Shown: positions 34,161 to 48,014 of the stretch, in pieces
Layout of the letters: the number at the start of each line of letters is the position of its first letter
Position numbering within the stretch: position 1 is the stretch's first letter
Source: Neoconidiobolus thromboides FSU 785
Lineage: Eukaryota > Fungi > Entomophthoromycota
Direction: 5' to 3'
DNA length: 64,000 bases
Assembly: GCA_025603075.1 (NCBI GenBank)
Contig: MU626287.1
Coordinates: 62,001-126,000, forward strand
The notes under the pieces: model-generated
The model's database searches: none
The model's input: the letters and a program-made list of their open reading frames with translations, nothing else
What the model was told of the DNA's origin: nothing
Program-made: the position numbers and the translations under genes

Positions 34161-35075
34161 TAATTTTTACAATGCGTTTAATTCGATTACCCCTGAAATG
34201 ATAAAACCAGTTCGTTTGGTCTGGTGTTTATCAATCCTTGTTATTTACAATCATTTATTTTTTTAGTATAATTTTAAATATACACATGTAAAAATAAATA
34301 ACTAACTATAACGATAAAGGATATATATAATAAACAAATTCATTTTTTAAATTTTTATATTTACTATTTTTAAAATACATTTGTTTTATATAAAGCTCTA
34401 TTATTGTAAAAAACTGTTAGCTGAAAAAATATTCTATTAAATTAAAAGAGCATAGTTATTGGGACAGTACTTTAAGCAAAATAATCAAAAAAGCAACCCT
34501 TGACTTAACCTCATCAGCTTTTATACTGGGAGAAATAGAACTATATTTAGTGCTCCATTAATGGAAAACACCTACTACTAAATAGAAATCATCTAATTAA
34601 TAAGGCCCCCTGCTTCATTTATAAAACATTTAAACAATAATTAATTTATTATTAACAAAGATCCCATAGAGATAGTTTCAAATAATCCATAACCTGAAGA
34701 CTAAAAACTAAATCATATTATGCATGATAGTAGTAAAAACCCTCTTAAAGTATTGGTATTAAATTAACCTACTATATATATAATTGTTTTCTAGCTTTGG
34801 GATGTCTTTTATGTTATGGGGGTTTAACAGAGCTTGTAATAAACATTGATTTATAGTAACGTTTATACATTGTAATAGTTAAGAACTTTATATAACTTTA
34901 GAAAGGATTTTATTAGAATCTTCATAATAAAATTGGCTCAGCTATATATGGACCTTAGACTTAGTTGATCGAAAAAAATAGCTAAAAAATTGCTCTCAGT
35001 ATATATGTGTAAAGATAACTTGAAAGATGATTATTTATAGAATATACTTATGAGTCTTGTAATATTGAATAGAGC

Positions 35076-35179
35076 ATTTGGGAATGTATTTTTATATTTA
35101 AGAAATTTACTAGCAATTTTTCCACTCAAACAGCACTTAAAAGATGGAAAAAGCGATAAAGCCAAAAAAACCTCCATTT
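35076..35179 (+). mobile_element. MITE family copy 13
   Basis: ATTT-gggaatgt...cctcc-ATTT. Confidence 0.87.
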
Positions 35180-35658
35180 TAACAAATAGATTATCTTTAA
35201 CAATATTTAAATAAAATGTTTTGATAATTTATTGATTTAATAAATCTAAAAGTTTTGACAATTTTTTTATGGCTTCTAATATATTAGAAAGTTAAATGTA
35301 TTTATATAGTTAAACGTTTATTAAAATTTGTTTCTGATATGAAAAGTTATTTTTCAACATAAATAAAACATAATTTATTGAAAGCTATACATTTATTTTG
35401 TTTTTTTATTTTGTTTTATTTTTAATTTTTGATTTAACTTAATTTTAATTTGTATTTAATAAGCAAATAATAATAAACAAAAGTATAATGACAATAGTTA
35501 AATATAAAGCAAAAATAAACAGTGATAAACTAGACGATATAAAATAATAACAAGACAATTTAAATAATAGCAAAATTACAATAAAGTAAACAAGTAAATC
35601 ATAGCAAGATAAAGAAATATAAAATAGTAAAAGCAGTGATAGTATCAAATATCATTGT

Positions 35659-35764
35659 ATATGGAGACATCTTTTTTTTGTTTAAAAAATTTGCTAGCAT
35701 TTTTTCAGCTCAGTAGCACTTATAAGTGGAAAAGGTGATAAAATCAAAAAATATATCCCCCTAT
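35659..35764 (+). mobile_element. MITE family copy 14 (diverged)
   Basis: ATAT-ggagacat...atatcccc-ctat. Confidence 0.78.
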
Positions 35765-35848
35765 CGTTTTTTGATATCATTATTATTACAAACTTTACTA
35801 TTAGATTTTAATTATATGATGTTGGACAATAGAGTAAACGTTTCTAAT

Positions 35849-35937
35849 ATTTGAGGATGTTTTGGTTTCCTTACTTTTTCCATTTATAGTGGAAAAATTG
35901 TTAGTAAATTTCTTAAATATAAAAATACACCCCCTTG
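35849..35937 (-). mobile_element. MITE family copy 15 (internal deletion)
   Basis: attt-gaggatgt...gtggaaaaattgttagtaaatttcttaaatataaaaatacacccc; central AGCGCT segment missing. Confidence 0.8.
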
Positions 35938-37153
35938 CTTTTTTTCCACTTCTTTCACTAATTTACTAAATAACAATTTAACTTTTATAGCTAATATAAT
36001 GGAAACAGTGACTTACATCTATACTACAATTAAATTACTACTGTTATAATATCACTTTAAGTACACTAAACTTTATTTTATGAGTTACTACATAAATATA
36101 AATTTCAATTAACATCGTAACATTTCTAATTTAATTTTTAAAAAAATATTCTCAACTATCTAAGAATCACCACTTGATATCAGTTTTTCATTAATAGTGT
36201 ATATAAAAACAAATTTAATAACTAGTTACTAGCATTAATGAACTTTATATTATTCAATTAACTAATTTAAAATATCTGACTTCTTATAAAGTAAGTTTAA
36301 TAAAGCTTATATTTCTAAAATTATATATTTAAAAATACCTAAAACTTAGAATTTTTAAAGGTTTATTATTATAAATTGCTTAGCAATAATAAAAAAGTAA
36401 CTCCTTTTTCTAATGACGCTTATTCCACTTATGTAGTCTTTTGAATAAAGTCACTTAAACTTTGAGAATAAGCACATCAATCAATAATAGATTTGATTTT
36501 ATATTATTAAACAAAACTAAAAATTCCATTAAATGTTTTTTTCATTAGTATTACAAAAGTATATTTCAGGTTACGTTACTCTTCTAAAAACAAAAATAAA
36601 ATAATTTTAATTCTTAAATAAAAACTATCACTAATATAATTAGCATTTAAAACCCTATTAACACTAGGAATTACTACTAGCATTTACTAACTCTATAAAT
36701 TTAATTTTTCCACTATTTAGTCTTAGTTGACCTACTGCTTCTCCTTTAATTTTACATCACATCCCAAAACGACTAATTCATTAGCAATTAGAGACTATAA
36801 AATTTAATAAAAATAAACGGTTGCTTGGGGTAACGTCAATTGTCCAATAAACAATAGCACCGAGTCAACCAATAGAAACTTTCTTTAAAGCAGTAAGCTT
36901 AATTTAAGTTACACAATAATGATCCCACAAAATTTTGATGAGATGGGTTAAACTAAATTCTAAATCAATACAAATATAAAATAAATTAAACTTTATTTGT
37001 TAAGAGTACAGCGCAAATGAAAACAAGGGGAAGGAAAACCAAAGGTTTAAAAAAATATTGTGCTGAAAAATTACATTACGCAAGGGAAGAAAACAGTGGA
37101 ATTCTATTAAATTAATTTTGCAATATAGAATAGGTTAAGTTCATAAATTAAGT

Positions 37154-37825
37154 TTAAGCTTCCTTTGGTTCTACAATAGAAGTCATAGGAGCATCTGGAG
37201 GAGTGGCGGCACCATTACTAGTGTTTCCAAGATTGAAACTGATAAATTCAGCTTCACTCATGGTTTTATGTAAAAAGCAACAACGCTTACCATAAGGGCA
37301 ATAACCGTGTTCCCAAAAGTTTTTACAAAGGATAGATTTATATTTAGGGTGACGAGCAACTGGGCGTAATTCATGGAAACCGTGAGCAAATTTACATTTT
37401 TTGTTATAACGGCAATATCCAGTAGCCATAAAAGAGTCGCACATTTCGGTCTTGTAAAGGGTAACTGATTTAACTGGGGAATCTTCAGAAGAATCTGATC
37501 CATCAGAAACTGAAGGGGTCTCTGATTGAACTGATTTATTGTCATCATCATCCATTCCAAGAAGTTGGATAACATTGTCCTTAACTAATTCCATCTCTTT
37601 ATCTAACTTCATATTCTTAATTCGTTCAATAAATGAGTCAGAAACTAAATCTTCATGTTCATCCTCACCATCATCTTTTGGCTTGAAAATGGCACTAGGG
37701 TCAATAGCAACGGCATATGGATTCCATCCTGGGTTTGATAAGTCATTACTTGCTTTTGAGCCACAGTCTTTAAAGGCAGAAAGTTTGTTGGTGTTAGGAT
37801 TGATTTGACCAGCGGAGAGCATCAT
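37154..37825 (-). CDS. Tandem CCCH zinc-finger mRNA-binding protein (TIS11/ZFP36/Cth1-2/Zfs1 family)
   Basis: YKTEMC-x8-C-x5-C-x3-H, an 18-aa linker, then YKSILC-x8-C-x5-C-x3-H. Confidence 0.92.
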   Translation of the reverse strand: MMLSAGQINPNTNKLSAFKDCGSKASNDLSNPGWNPYAVAIDPSAIFKPKDDGEDEHEDLVSDSFIERIKNMKLDKEMELVKDNVIQLLGMDDDDNKSVQSETPSVSDGSDSSEDSPVKSVTLYKTEMCDSFMATGYCRYNKKCKFAHGFHELRPVARHPKYKSILCKNFWEHGYCPYGKRCCFLHKTMSEAEFISFNLGNTSNGAATPPDAPMTSIVEPKEA

Positions 37826-40375
37826 GGTATTAAATAAATTATTAACAGTAAAAGAAATTTACAGCAAAAAGAAATGTTTTAGTAATATAAATACTTTTTA
37901 AAAAATTAATTGAATTTTCAAAAAATAATCAAAATTACTTGGCTTATATACTTTTGAAATTGAATTGAGAACTTATCTATACCCAAATTAATCCATGCTG
38001 TAAAATGCTATTCCTCAATTTTGATTGGCTTAGATATTAAAAACTTCAATTTAGCTGATGGAATAGTGGGTTATATTTTTAATAGGCTTAGAAAAGTGAG
38101 AATGTGGGGCCATATAAGGAAAATTCAGAAAGGAGCTGATTGGATAGACCTTAAAATACATTATGAAACTTAATTTGATTGGGTTTAATTAAATTGGGGA
38201 ACTTGATTTTTATTTTTATAATCATCCAGTTTTTTATTCTTCTAATATTTAATTCAAAAATTTGACCGTACATTTCATAAAAATATCTTCGTCATTAGCC
38301 CTAGATCGTCTTTATTTAGAAATTTTGCATCACTTAAACTCTCGATTTTTTTTTATTGAGTCCCCATTTTTTTAATCACTATTTAGAATTTAATTGGTCG
38401 ATTATTTGTCATTTACGCTTCGATTCCAATCAATCCAATAATAGTGCTTAGCTATCAAATTCATTGGAACTCGAATTACAACTATGATCTAATCTGCTTG
38501 GATTTGTTTTCATTTAAAGTAATAAGATCATTGATTTTGGATTTTGCTAGTAACTGAAAGAATAATATTACATGTACTCTAAAGTTTACAAAATTTAGGT
38601 CTGCTAATCTATATTTAGCAGTACTAAATTGTATTTTAAAAACGAATGACTACGTTATTAAATTAGTACTAATTGTTATACAATTAAATCTATAATGTCA
38701 ATATTATTGGCGCTTTAGGACAAGAGGTTTAAAATTAGTGGATTTAATTAATTAAGAAAGATGATTCAACCTTTATTTTTAATTTTTGATTGGAAGAAAA
38801 ATGTTGCGTGAAATCATACTATTCCGAAATTTTAAGGGAAACAGCAAATTGTATTTAACCATTGCCATAAAAGAAGGAATTAGTTATCGAGTTGATTTTA
38901 ATTATTCTTTAATCGCAGAGAAAGTGGTTCAAACTTGAATAGCAAAAATAGGGCATACAAATAAAAAAGAACTGTAATAATTGTTAAGACAGAATTTGAG
39001 TAAGTTATTATCCAAAATTAAGGTTATACAATGAAGAACTTAAGTAGAAATCAAGTGATATACTATTAAAATTGTTATATATAATTTATATATTTGATTG
39101 ATAATGAGTCTAAAGTAAAATCCTAATATCATTTTGAATGATTTCAAATAAATCCTTGGTTTATGGTATTAGATAGCGGTTTTCGAGAGATTAATAACGT
39201 AAACAGTTATGTGCATCAATTCTTGGGTTAATGTTTCAATTCGAATTATGGTACACTGTTTTAGTTACTGCTCATTATACTGGTTACACCACTAATATAA
39301 TTCCAAGTAGTTCATGCAATTCAAACTTGATAGTAAAAGCATAATAAAATATCATATAAAAAATTTAAGCTATTTCATTATAGTTAATCTTAAAATGTAC
39401 TATTTTTAACTTTCTAATTAGTGTCATTGAAAGAGTAATAATATCGGAAAATAATTGTTTTCAGGAGTGTTAAAACTTGATAAACAAGTCCTATAAATTG
39501 AGCATATAAAAAGTAAATTAAACCAGAGTCTTGATCAATAAGTATTAAATTAATGACATACTCTTATTTAAAAATATTGCAAAATTACTAAGGATTCTAT
39601 TAATTATTTTAAATCATTAATATAATAATTTTAATAAAATAGTTTTATTCCTAAATTAAGTAAATGTATTATTCATTTATCAATAAGAACTTGATGACGA
39701 CGATTACAATCTTACATCAAGTAATTATTATTTATGGAAGTATGTTTATAATTATGGAAACCTTTAGTTTAATGTTCTAATAAAAACTAATAGAAACTCA
39801 ATTTGTCTTACTTATTTTCCTCTTATTTATTTTTAAATATCCTTATAATTTAACTCACAGTAAGGAATATATTGCTACATTTATAAAATTAGTTTAAAAC
39901 TATACCACAAACAGATTTGTATGAATTTTTGCTTAATCTTATTACCTTAATCATATTAATTTTCAATAATCTTTCTATATGAAATTTAGTTTTAATTTTT
40001 AAATATCCCCATTAAATAAAAGTCAAATAAACATAAAATTTGAAAATAAAACTAAAATTAAGGAAACAGTAACGAATTGCTATCTAATATACAAACTGAA
40101 TCTTATTAGAAATTATCTTTTGAGTTTATACACATCACCTTAAATTAAGTTGATAATGATATTTAATTTTTATTTTTTAAAAATAAAAAAATAAAATAAA
40201 GATAAAAGTATAATAGTAACCAAAAAAACCGAAAACAGTCAGAAGGTAACTAATTGATATTTAATATGAGTTAGTTTTAACCCGAAATTCGGATCAGTCA
40301 GGGTATTTATTGTCTGATGGTAAATATTCAGGTTGTTATATTACATTATAATCGGCTTATTATTTTTGGAAAAAC

Positions 40376-40482
40376 ATATGAGGGTGTTTTTTTTGGTTTT
40401 ATCACTTTTTCTATCTTTTAAGCGCTATTTGAGTGGAAAAATTATTAGTAAAAGTCTTAAACATAAAAATACATCCCCATAT
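40376..40482 (-). mobile_element. MITE family copy 16
   Basis: ATAT-gagggtgt...acatcccc-ATAT, 99 bp. Confidence 0.92.
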
Positions 40483-40619
40483 TATATTTTCATTTCTAAA
40501 ACGAGAAGTTTTTAAATTTTTATAAAACTTTCAATATGTTGACATTTTTTACAACAATTAATAATGCTCAGAAAATAAAAAATGAAACCAGAAAAAAGAT
40601 CACTATATTAGTTAAATGT

Positions 40620-40735
40620 AAAGTTTCAGACAATGAAGGTTGATGGAATACTAGTTAATGCTCACTCATATACTTATCTCACAATAATTTAAAATATTGT
40701 TAAACTAGCTGATGTATTTTGGCATCTTTGAATCT
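40620..40735 (+). repeat. Non-coding block homologous to the upstream regions of the two intact F-box/LRR genes
   Basis: tttcagacaatgaaggttgatggaatactagtt... aligns by eye with the reverse complement of ~53100-53205 and, more loosely, ~55430-55540. Confidence 0.6.
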
Positions 40736-41591
40736 TAAACAAATATATCTTTATAGGCTTTTATAATAGTATGAGTAGTGTGAAAGTAGTATTCAGTGGT
40801 TAGAGTTAAAAAAGCAGTTTTTTGCTTAATTAACTGACTGTAATTCAAAAGGTCTTAGTTGATATAATTAAAATAGGCTTTAATAAAAATAACATATAAC
40901 AAACTTTGCACTATATAAAATAAATAAAAGATACTACTATAAAAATTATATAAAATATTATAAGATTTATTAGTTTTATTAAAGGTATAATGTTAGAAAA
41001 CAATTCAATTAAAAATCTTGAGTTGTTATGTTGAAAACTCTGTTTTATATTCTAATTGGGTAGATATATACATGGAACACAGTAGCAACTGTAATTTATT
41101 ATTGTAATTCCCAAATATAGATATCAAAATGAGGAGATAATGTTCTTTGGAATTAGATAGTAGATATTCTTACAGCAAATCGAAATAAGAAACTCTGAAT
41201 TGATTGTACCACATGAACCATAATCAATTATAAAGCTGAAAGTAATATTTCATGGTAATTAAATAACTTATTAAGAAAATAGAATAGAGCTTATAGAAGG
41301 TAAATCCAATTTTTACCCATGAAATAGAATAACTAAAACGCTTGGTTGGATGAGACTGAGTTGTTCTTCTCACAGTATATATTTTGTTTGCTGACAGACT
41401 CAGCTTGAAACATGTTATTATACTTTGAGTTTTTATTTTTATTTTATTCACAAAATTATTACATTTAAAATTTTAAAACCTCCTTTTAACCAATAGAATA
41501 AGATTGAGGTCTATCTCTTAAAAATGAAGGTATATTCGAAACTTCAAATAAAATATTTTTACTATTTTCTTTCTATTTATTCTATACTTAA

Positions 41592-42950
41592 ATGTCAACC
41601 AAATTTGACTAACTACCAAACATTATGCTAGAAAAGGTATTTTCACTATTGGAACCAAATGAGTTGTTTAATTATCGGATGTTAAATAAATAGATTAAAA
41701 TTATTAATTATCTCGTTAACAAAAAATAATGAATTCAGTTTACTGCTCATCTTAGAAGTATTCAAAGTATTAAAATTTTTTTGTCAAAGAGAATCCGGTA
41801 TTAGCGAAGCATATATATATGCAATAACGACCTTAAATACATAAATTGTTATCAAAATACAACATTTATGGATTATATTGCTTTTTTTAGTGGCGACAAT
41901 AATAATACTAGTATAAAGATGAAGTAGAAGTTAAACTCACAAACCTAAAAAGGTTACTTAGATATTCTTACAAAATGATCAAGTCCTTAGCTTTTTGATA
42001 ATTGTTTATATCTGGTTAAAGGTTTATATCCGGTTAAAGCCCTTATAAGTGAGGAAGGTAATATAATTCTTAACGAGATGATCGATTATCATAGTCTAAA
42101 GTAATTTAAGATTGCTTATGTTCTATTCGAAGGACGATTTCCATCTTGATGACTTGAATTTACTTAAGATGAGATTCAACAGATTAAAAAGATTAATTTT
42201 ACCCATTTCTGGAATCCTTTTCACTTCTATCAGATTCAATCCCAATTTAAATTTTAATATTAACTTATAATTCGAAGTTAGCCAAAATTCCAAAGACTTT
42301 GATATCAGCTGTTTAGGAAACCTATAAAAATCGAAAAGTATATAATCAATTGATTATTGTGACCATTTTTTTTAGATTGAACGAGAGAGATGATAATAAT
42401 ATAAGTCTTGTTGAATGGAATACTATTGTTCTTTGTGTGACCTTGGTCTAATATATCCAGTTGATCATGGTTTCATGAAATTGTCCACTTTAAAAGAATT
42501 GATCATTAAAGAATTTTTAATAGGAGTTTTAAAAGTAAATTACTTATTTTCAAACGTTGAAAAGATTAAAGTTAATAATGATAATTCAATTCAATATGAA
42601 TTTATAAGACAAATTATTTTGGAAAAGCTTGATAATCATCATCGAGATTTAGAGCTTATTTTCTATCTTTATTTCCAAACCTTGAGGCAATTGACATTTT
42701 GAATATTTGTTCTAATTATGTAAGTAATTCAATGAGTGATACCCTTACGATCTCTCTCTCTGATCTATCGAATAATATAGGACCAATAATGAATGCTTTA
42801 AGGGCAATACTAAGTCATCTAGCCCCTTTTGACTCTATTCCTAATGCATCCAATATTTTTTTACAAAGACCTACTATTTCACAATATCAGCCTAAAGTCC
42901 TAATATTTATAATAATGAAGTTTCTAATCAAATTCAAAGTCCTGTATTAA
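41592..42950 (+). pseudogene. F-box/LRR family pseudogene (paralog of 51336-52754 and 53783-55207)
   Basis: MSTKFD*LPNIMLEKVFSLLEPNELFNYRMLNK* matches MSINFDQLPDIVLEAIF...; several stops and frameshifts; later matches FNPNLNFN, DISCLGNL*, LKELIIKEF, QRPTISQYQPK. Confidence 0.9.
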
Positions 42951-43301
42951 TAAAAACAAAACAGCTTATTATTATTTTAATTTTATTATTTATTATCTAC
43001 TATTTGGATTTCAATATTGTTTTATTATGCTATTTTTTATTGTTAAAAAAAGAACTTAAAATTGAATTAATTCCTTCAATATATTAGGTTTAGTAATGTT
43101 ATGTATATATTTACTAAGTTACACCCTTTATAAAAGCCTTTATTTCTTCTATAAGACTCTAAACTTTACACAATAATATTATTTTCTTTTAAGTTAACCT
43201 TTATCTTTTTTACAATTCCTTTATCAATCATACTCACTCTTCACGTTTAATGAGAAATTTTGTAGATTAACAAAAGAAAAAGAAGCTCATTTTATCTTAT
43301 T

Positions 43302-43408
43302 ACTTGGGGATGTATTTTTGTATTTAACAATTTTACTAGTAATTTTTCCACTCAAATAGCGCTTAAAAGATGGAAAAAGTAATGAAGCCAAAAAAAACAC
43401 TCCTACTT
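43302..43408 (+). mobile_element. MITE family copy 17
   Basis: ACTT-ggggatgt...acactcct-ACTT; copy-specific TSD ACTT. Confidence 0.93.
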
Positions 43409-44221
43409 CTTCTTCTTCTTTTAGTATTATCAAATTGCTATCTTGAATTCCTATATTAATATAAAATTCTATTGATTTATTTTTATCTCTTGTCTTTTAA
43501 TATCATTTATTATTAAATATTGAAATTTACATTTCAAATAAAATCAATTATGATTTTAGCCTTAGAAGATAATATAAGGGTTGAATCATATCTCTCAATT
43601 ATTATAAAAATAAGAAAGTAATATAGATACTTAATATTAAATATTGAATATCTAAGATAAACTAGAATTTTAGGATAGTAATAAACTTATAGTTGATTAA
43701 AATTCAAGTGAACAAAGTGTACTAATAGATAATTAAAAGAGATCTATACTTTAAGTTGAAGATTATTTGAGAGATACTAGGTTATGGAATACATATAAAT
43801 TAACTTAATACAAATCGTTAAACTATTTTTAATTTATTTCGGTTTTAAAATTAAATTAAATTTAACACTTGCTAAAATTAGTTAAATTTAATAATTAAAC
43901 TAAACTTTAATCAATATCATTTGATTTAACTAAAATATGGGTAATAAAATAAAAGTATATATAAAAATAATAATTTAAAAATAAAAAAATATAAACAAAA
44001 ATTCAATACTAAACTAATATTAATAACCTAAATAATGACTAACATAATTTATAAATTTACATTAATTTTATTAATTTCCAGTTTTATTCTATCTTTTTTT
44101 CGTCCAAATAGTATTATAGATTATTATAATCAACAAGAAGAAAATAATAAAAATAACAATCACAATCATAACAATCAAGTTTAATCCTCAAGCTCCTTTC
44201 TCTCCTGTCCTCTATCCTTTA

Positions 44222-46843
44222 CTATAAGCAATAACTCATAAACTTACTAAACAGATCCTAAAAATAGATTGTTATTAATATCTTTTATTCATCTAGACTG
44301 TATCTAGCTTACTAATACTTTATTATCTATCCAGTCTTTAAACGTTAAATCAAATCTATTAAAATCTTTACTTAATAAAATAAATTGTTTTAAACTCATT
44401 TTGTTCAATATTAATTGTGAATTAAATGGTGTAAATAATCCTAGATTATTTAAAAATAATTCATGTTGGCTTAATTCCTTAACTAACCATGTTCGATCTT
44501 GCCATGTAACTGAATTGGTATTGTAAGCTTGATTACTGATATGTCGAATTAGAAATATTGTCATTGGTGTTGAATAGGAATAATAAATAGTTATTAATTT
44601 ATTAAATTTATTATTATTATTATTATTATTATATTCTTTTTCAATTTGATTTAATTGAGTATAAAATAGATTTAAATTCAATTGAATAGGTTGTGTTAAA
44701 TAAGTTGTATTAAATTCAAAATCAATTTTTTGAATTTCAAATATAATAGTTAACTTAGATACTATTAATAAAGCTAATTTAATAAAACTAATTAAATGAT
44801 ATATCCCTTTTCTACCATTATGAATTTGATATAAGTCACGTAATTTATGTATTTTTATCCCATTTAATTCATCTAATATAAAATCAAATGCTGGATTATC
44901 AATATTTATATTATTAAATAAATTCTATTTATATATTAATAAATAATAAACATAAATATAATAGTTATTACCCTTATAGTTAAGTTTCTTGGTATAACTT
45001 CAATATTGTAAATTGATAATTTCTTGATAAAATTTCGATTTAATATAAATTTTTCATTTATAAAATAAATATATTTTTGTTTTTTATCAATTTCATAATT
45101 ATGAACATCAATTTGAATCTCTTTTTCAGTATTTTTTTGAATTAGTTCTAATGTAATTATTTTTATTTATTTACTATTAACAAATAATAATACCTTCTTT
45201 TAATGAAATTGATTTATATTTTTTTATTTGTGTAATATAATTAAATACATCAATTTTTTCATTATTTATTATTATTGTTTCATTTTTTCTTTTATATTGA
45301 TTTAAAGTATTAAAGTTAGGTATTAAAAGTGGTGATTCATTTTCAAATATGTTTTTGTTAGGTTGATCCATTTTTCTTATAATATTTCGAAATTTTATTC
45401 TCTTCTTTTTATTAATAAATGGATCTTTTACTTTATCATTAATTGCTTGATATTGTTGATCTTTATTTGAAATTGAATTTATAAATAATCTTTCACATTC
45501 TTTTATTAACTCTTTACTATTATTAATAAAATGATTTTGATTTTGATATGGATTGTCAATTATATAGTGAATGTAATTTGCTAAATAATGTATTAATATG
45601 ATACAATATAAAAATTTAGCTTACTTTTTAAATCTAATAAATTTTTGTATTTAAGGTTATTTAATGAATATTTTAATTGATCATTCATAAACTCCAAATA
45701 GCCACATTTAAGTACTTCTATATCATTGTTATTTGAATTTCCAAAATGACTATTAAAAGTATCATCGTCAGTTGATATTTGTTTTCTTAAAGTATTGTTT
45801 ATCAATAAATTTAACTGAGTTAATTCTATATTTATACTGTTAATATTTAATAGATATACATGTTTTAACTTATACCGAGTTTAATATTATTTATATTCTT
45901 ATTATCTTTTAAAAAGTAATTTTGTATATCTGTTTTAAAATCAATTTTATTCCTACTAAAATATAAGTAAAGCATTAAAATGAACATGTAAAACCTTAAA
46001 TCAAGTTTCGGTTCTACCATATATTTGCTTGTATCATTAACTTCATTATTATTATCTGCTTCAAACATTGAACCTAAACTTTGTAATGCTTTATATTGAT
46101 TCACTAAACTACCGTTTAAAGCTAATTTCAATTTTATAGGAAGTTCAAGTTCTACATTGATTTCCAATTCTAAATCAAAAGTAAGGATTGAAATATCAAA
46201 ACTTAATTATATACCCTTTAAATAAAGTTTTCTTTCTAATAATCTTCTTAAATAGATTCTAATATCATGATTCAGATTAAATCTAATAAAAGTTAATAAA
46301 TGTTATAGTACTTCTATTGTTACTTTGGATTTGGATTATTTTTTATACAAATTATTTCACTTTCTATTTCTATTACATCTTTTTTCTTTAAAATAAGGAT
46401 ATCATTGACTTTGTCATCAAATAGTTTTGGTGGACTATATATTAATTCATCCAATTTAACAGGGACTAAATAAAAAGGTTGTTCTTATCTAATTAAAAGA
46501 TTGTTTAAATTTGTTACATCCTTACCATAATAAACCTGATTTAATATCTTTTTAAACTCATGAACTTGCTTACATCTTATTCTTGAACCATTTTGATTAA
46601 ATATTGAATGCTTTAGTTTTAATTCTAATTGATCAAACTCTGTATATTCTTTAATCTTATTCATTGATAGATCCCCAAACTTTAATACTATTTTATTACA
46701 TAACGCCAATTCATAGCCTAATTATTAGTATATTGAATTTAATATAATAAATATTTACTAGTTGACATTAAGTTCAACCCTTGTATACACCTCCTCAATT
46801 CCAAATCTTGAATATTGTTATATCTATTATCATCCACCATCAT
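44222..46843 (-). CDS. Putative SHOC1/Zip2-like meiotic XPF-like domain protein (about 11 exons, ~700 aa)
   Basis: Ten GT-AG introns join the fragmented ORFs in frame. C-terminus PAFDFILDE...SYSTPMTIFLIRHI...WQDRTWLVKELSQHELFLNNLGLFTPFNSQLILNKMSLKQFILLS...DLFSKF resembles the XPF-like plus HhH2 end of SHOC1/Zip2. Gene existence is more certain than the family call. Confidence 0.6.
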
Positions 46844-46941
46844 TAATACAATTTTCCAATTTATAAAAAAGAAATAAACAATTTAATAATTTCAAATTCC
46901 AAAAAAGACAATCAAATCATAATCAAAAGTTCAAATTTAAA

Positions 46942-47564
46942 ATGCATTTTTTAGTCCAATTAACAAATAAAGTAATGTCTTTAACTGTTGTATTATATAA
47001 CACAATAAGTTTAATAGCAGTGGCCTGTTGTTGGGGTTTAACCAATCCATTTATAAAGTTAGGCAGTAAAGGGTTGGAAGATATAAAAGCTCATCGAAAA
47101 GAATGGTATTATCAAACATATGAAGAACTAAAATTTTTGTTTACAAACTGGAAAGTAAGATAAAATAAAAATTTAATTTCAATTGATATTAATGACATTA
47201 ATTATTATTTTAGTATGTCTTACCGTTATTAATCAATCTTTCTGGTTCTGCTGTTTATTATTATACTTTAGGACAAGCTGGTAAGTTTCAAAAAAATTTA
47301 GAAATACTCTCATCACTCTGTTAATGGTAATATTCTATTTCAATTATTAGATTTATCTTTAGCAGTACCAATAACTAATTCTTTAACTTTAATATTTACT
47401 TTATTGGGTGGTAAATTATTAGGTGAAAACATTAATTTTAAAGGTAATTTTATTAGTTATAATAGAAAGATTTAAATGACTATGTATTTTTCTTTAAAAT
47501 AGATATTTGGTTCGGCATGTTATTAGTTATTGTTGGAGTTACTTTATGTGTTTTATCTAAATGA
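46942..47564 (+). CDS. TMEM234: TMEM234-like small multi-pass membrane protein (4 exons; start may be ATG 46975)
   Basis: CCWGLTNPFIKLGSKG; WKYVLPLLINLSGSAVYYYTLGQADLSLAVPITNSL. Confidence 0.85.
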
Positions 47565-48014
47565 ATAATAAACCCTCCTTTTTTCTAATCGTTATTTGGT
47601 CAGTTTGATGATATTAAACTTTAGTTAGAGTAAATGTATATTGTTTTTATTGACATATTTTTGTTGTCTTTTACTAAAAACTAAATGAATATATATTTGA
47701 TATCGTTTAATGCTAAAGTGATTATTATTTAACTATAATAGTTAAAGTTGTACATAAATTTCAAATATCTTATTATTTAAAATACATATAAGATATAAAA
47801 ATAAAACTAAACATTGATTTAATAATGACCTAGCTCTATGAATAAGCCAATAATAATTTTATTCGCATCCAAAAAAATAAGTTTCTATTTCCAAATCATA
47901 AGCCACTTCATTTTCGTTTATGCATACAAATTTCAATTTGGAATTTTAAAGTGACTACTTTTATAATAATAAAATATCTTTTTAATAAATTCCACTTTTT
48001 AATTCTTTTTTAAA

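Noticed and set aside
34450-34900. Methyltransferase-like relic on the minus strand (YDLVFSLQVMDYL…KQGALLIR)
   Set aside because: Many stops, and other frames look equally protein-like; cannot be supported without a search
35445-35648. 67-aa hydrophobic minus ORF
   Set aside because: Low-complexity A-rich tract between MITEs with a non-ATG start; no coding signal
41592-42950. RIP-like CAA-to-TAA stops in the F-box pseudogene
   Set aside because: Only two clear cases, alongside transversion-type stops and frameshifts; expected in AT-biased decay, and RIP is not established outside Dikarya
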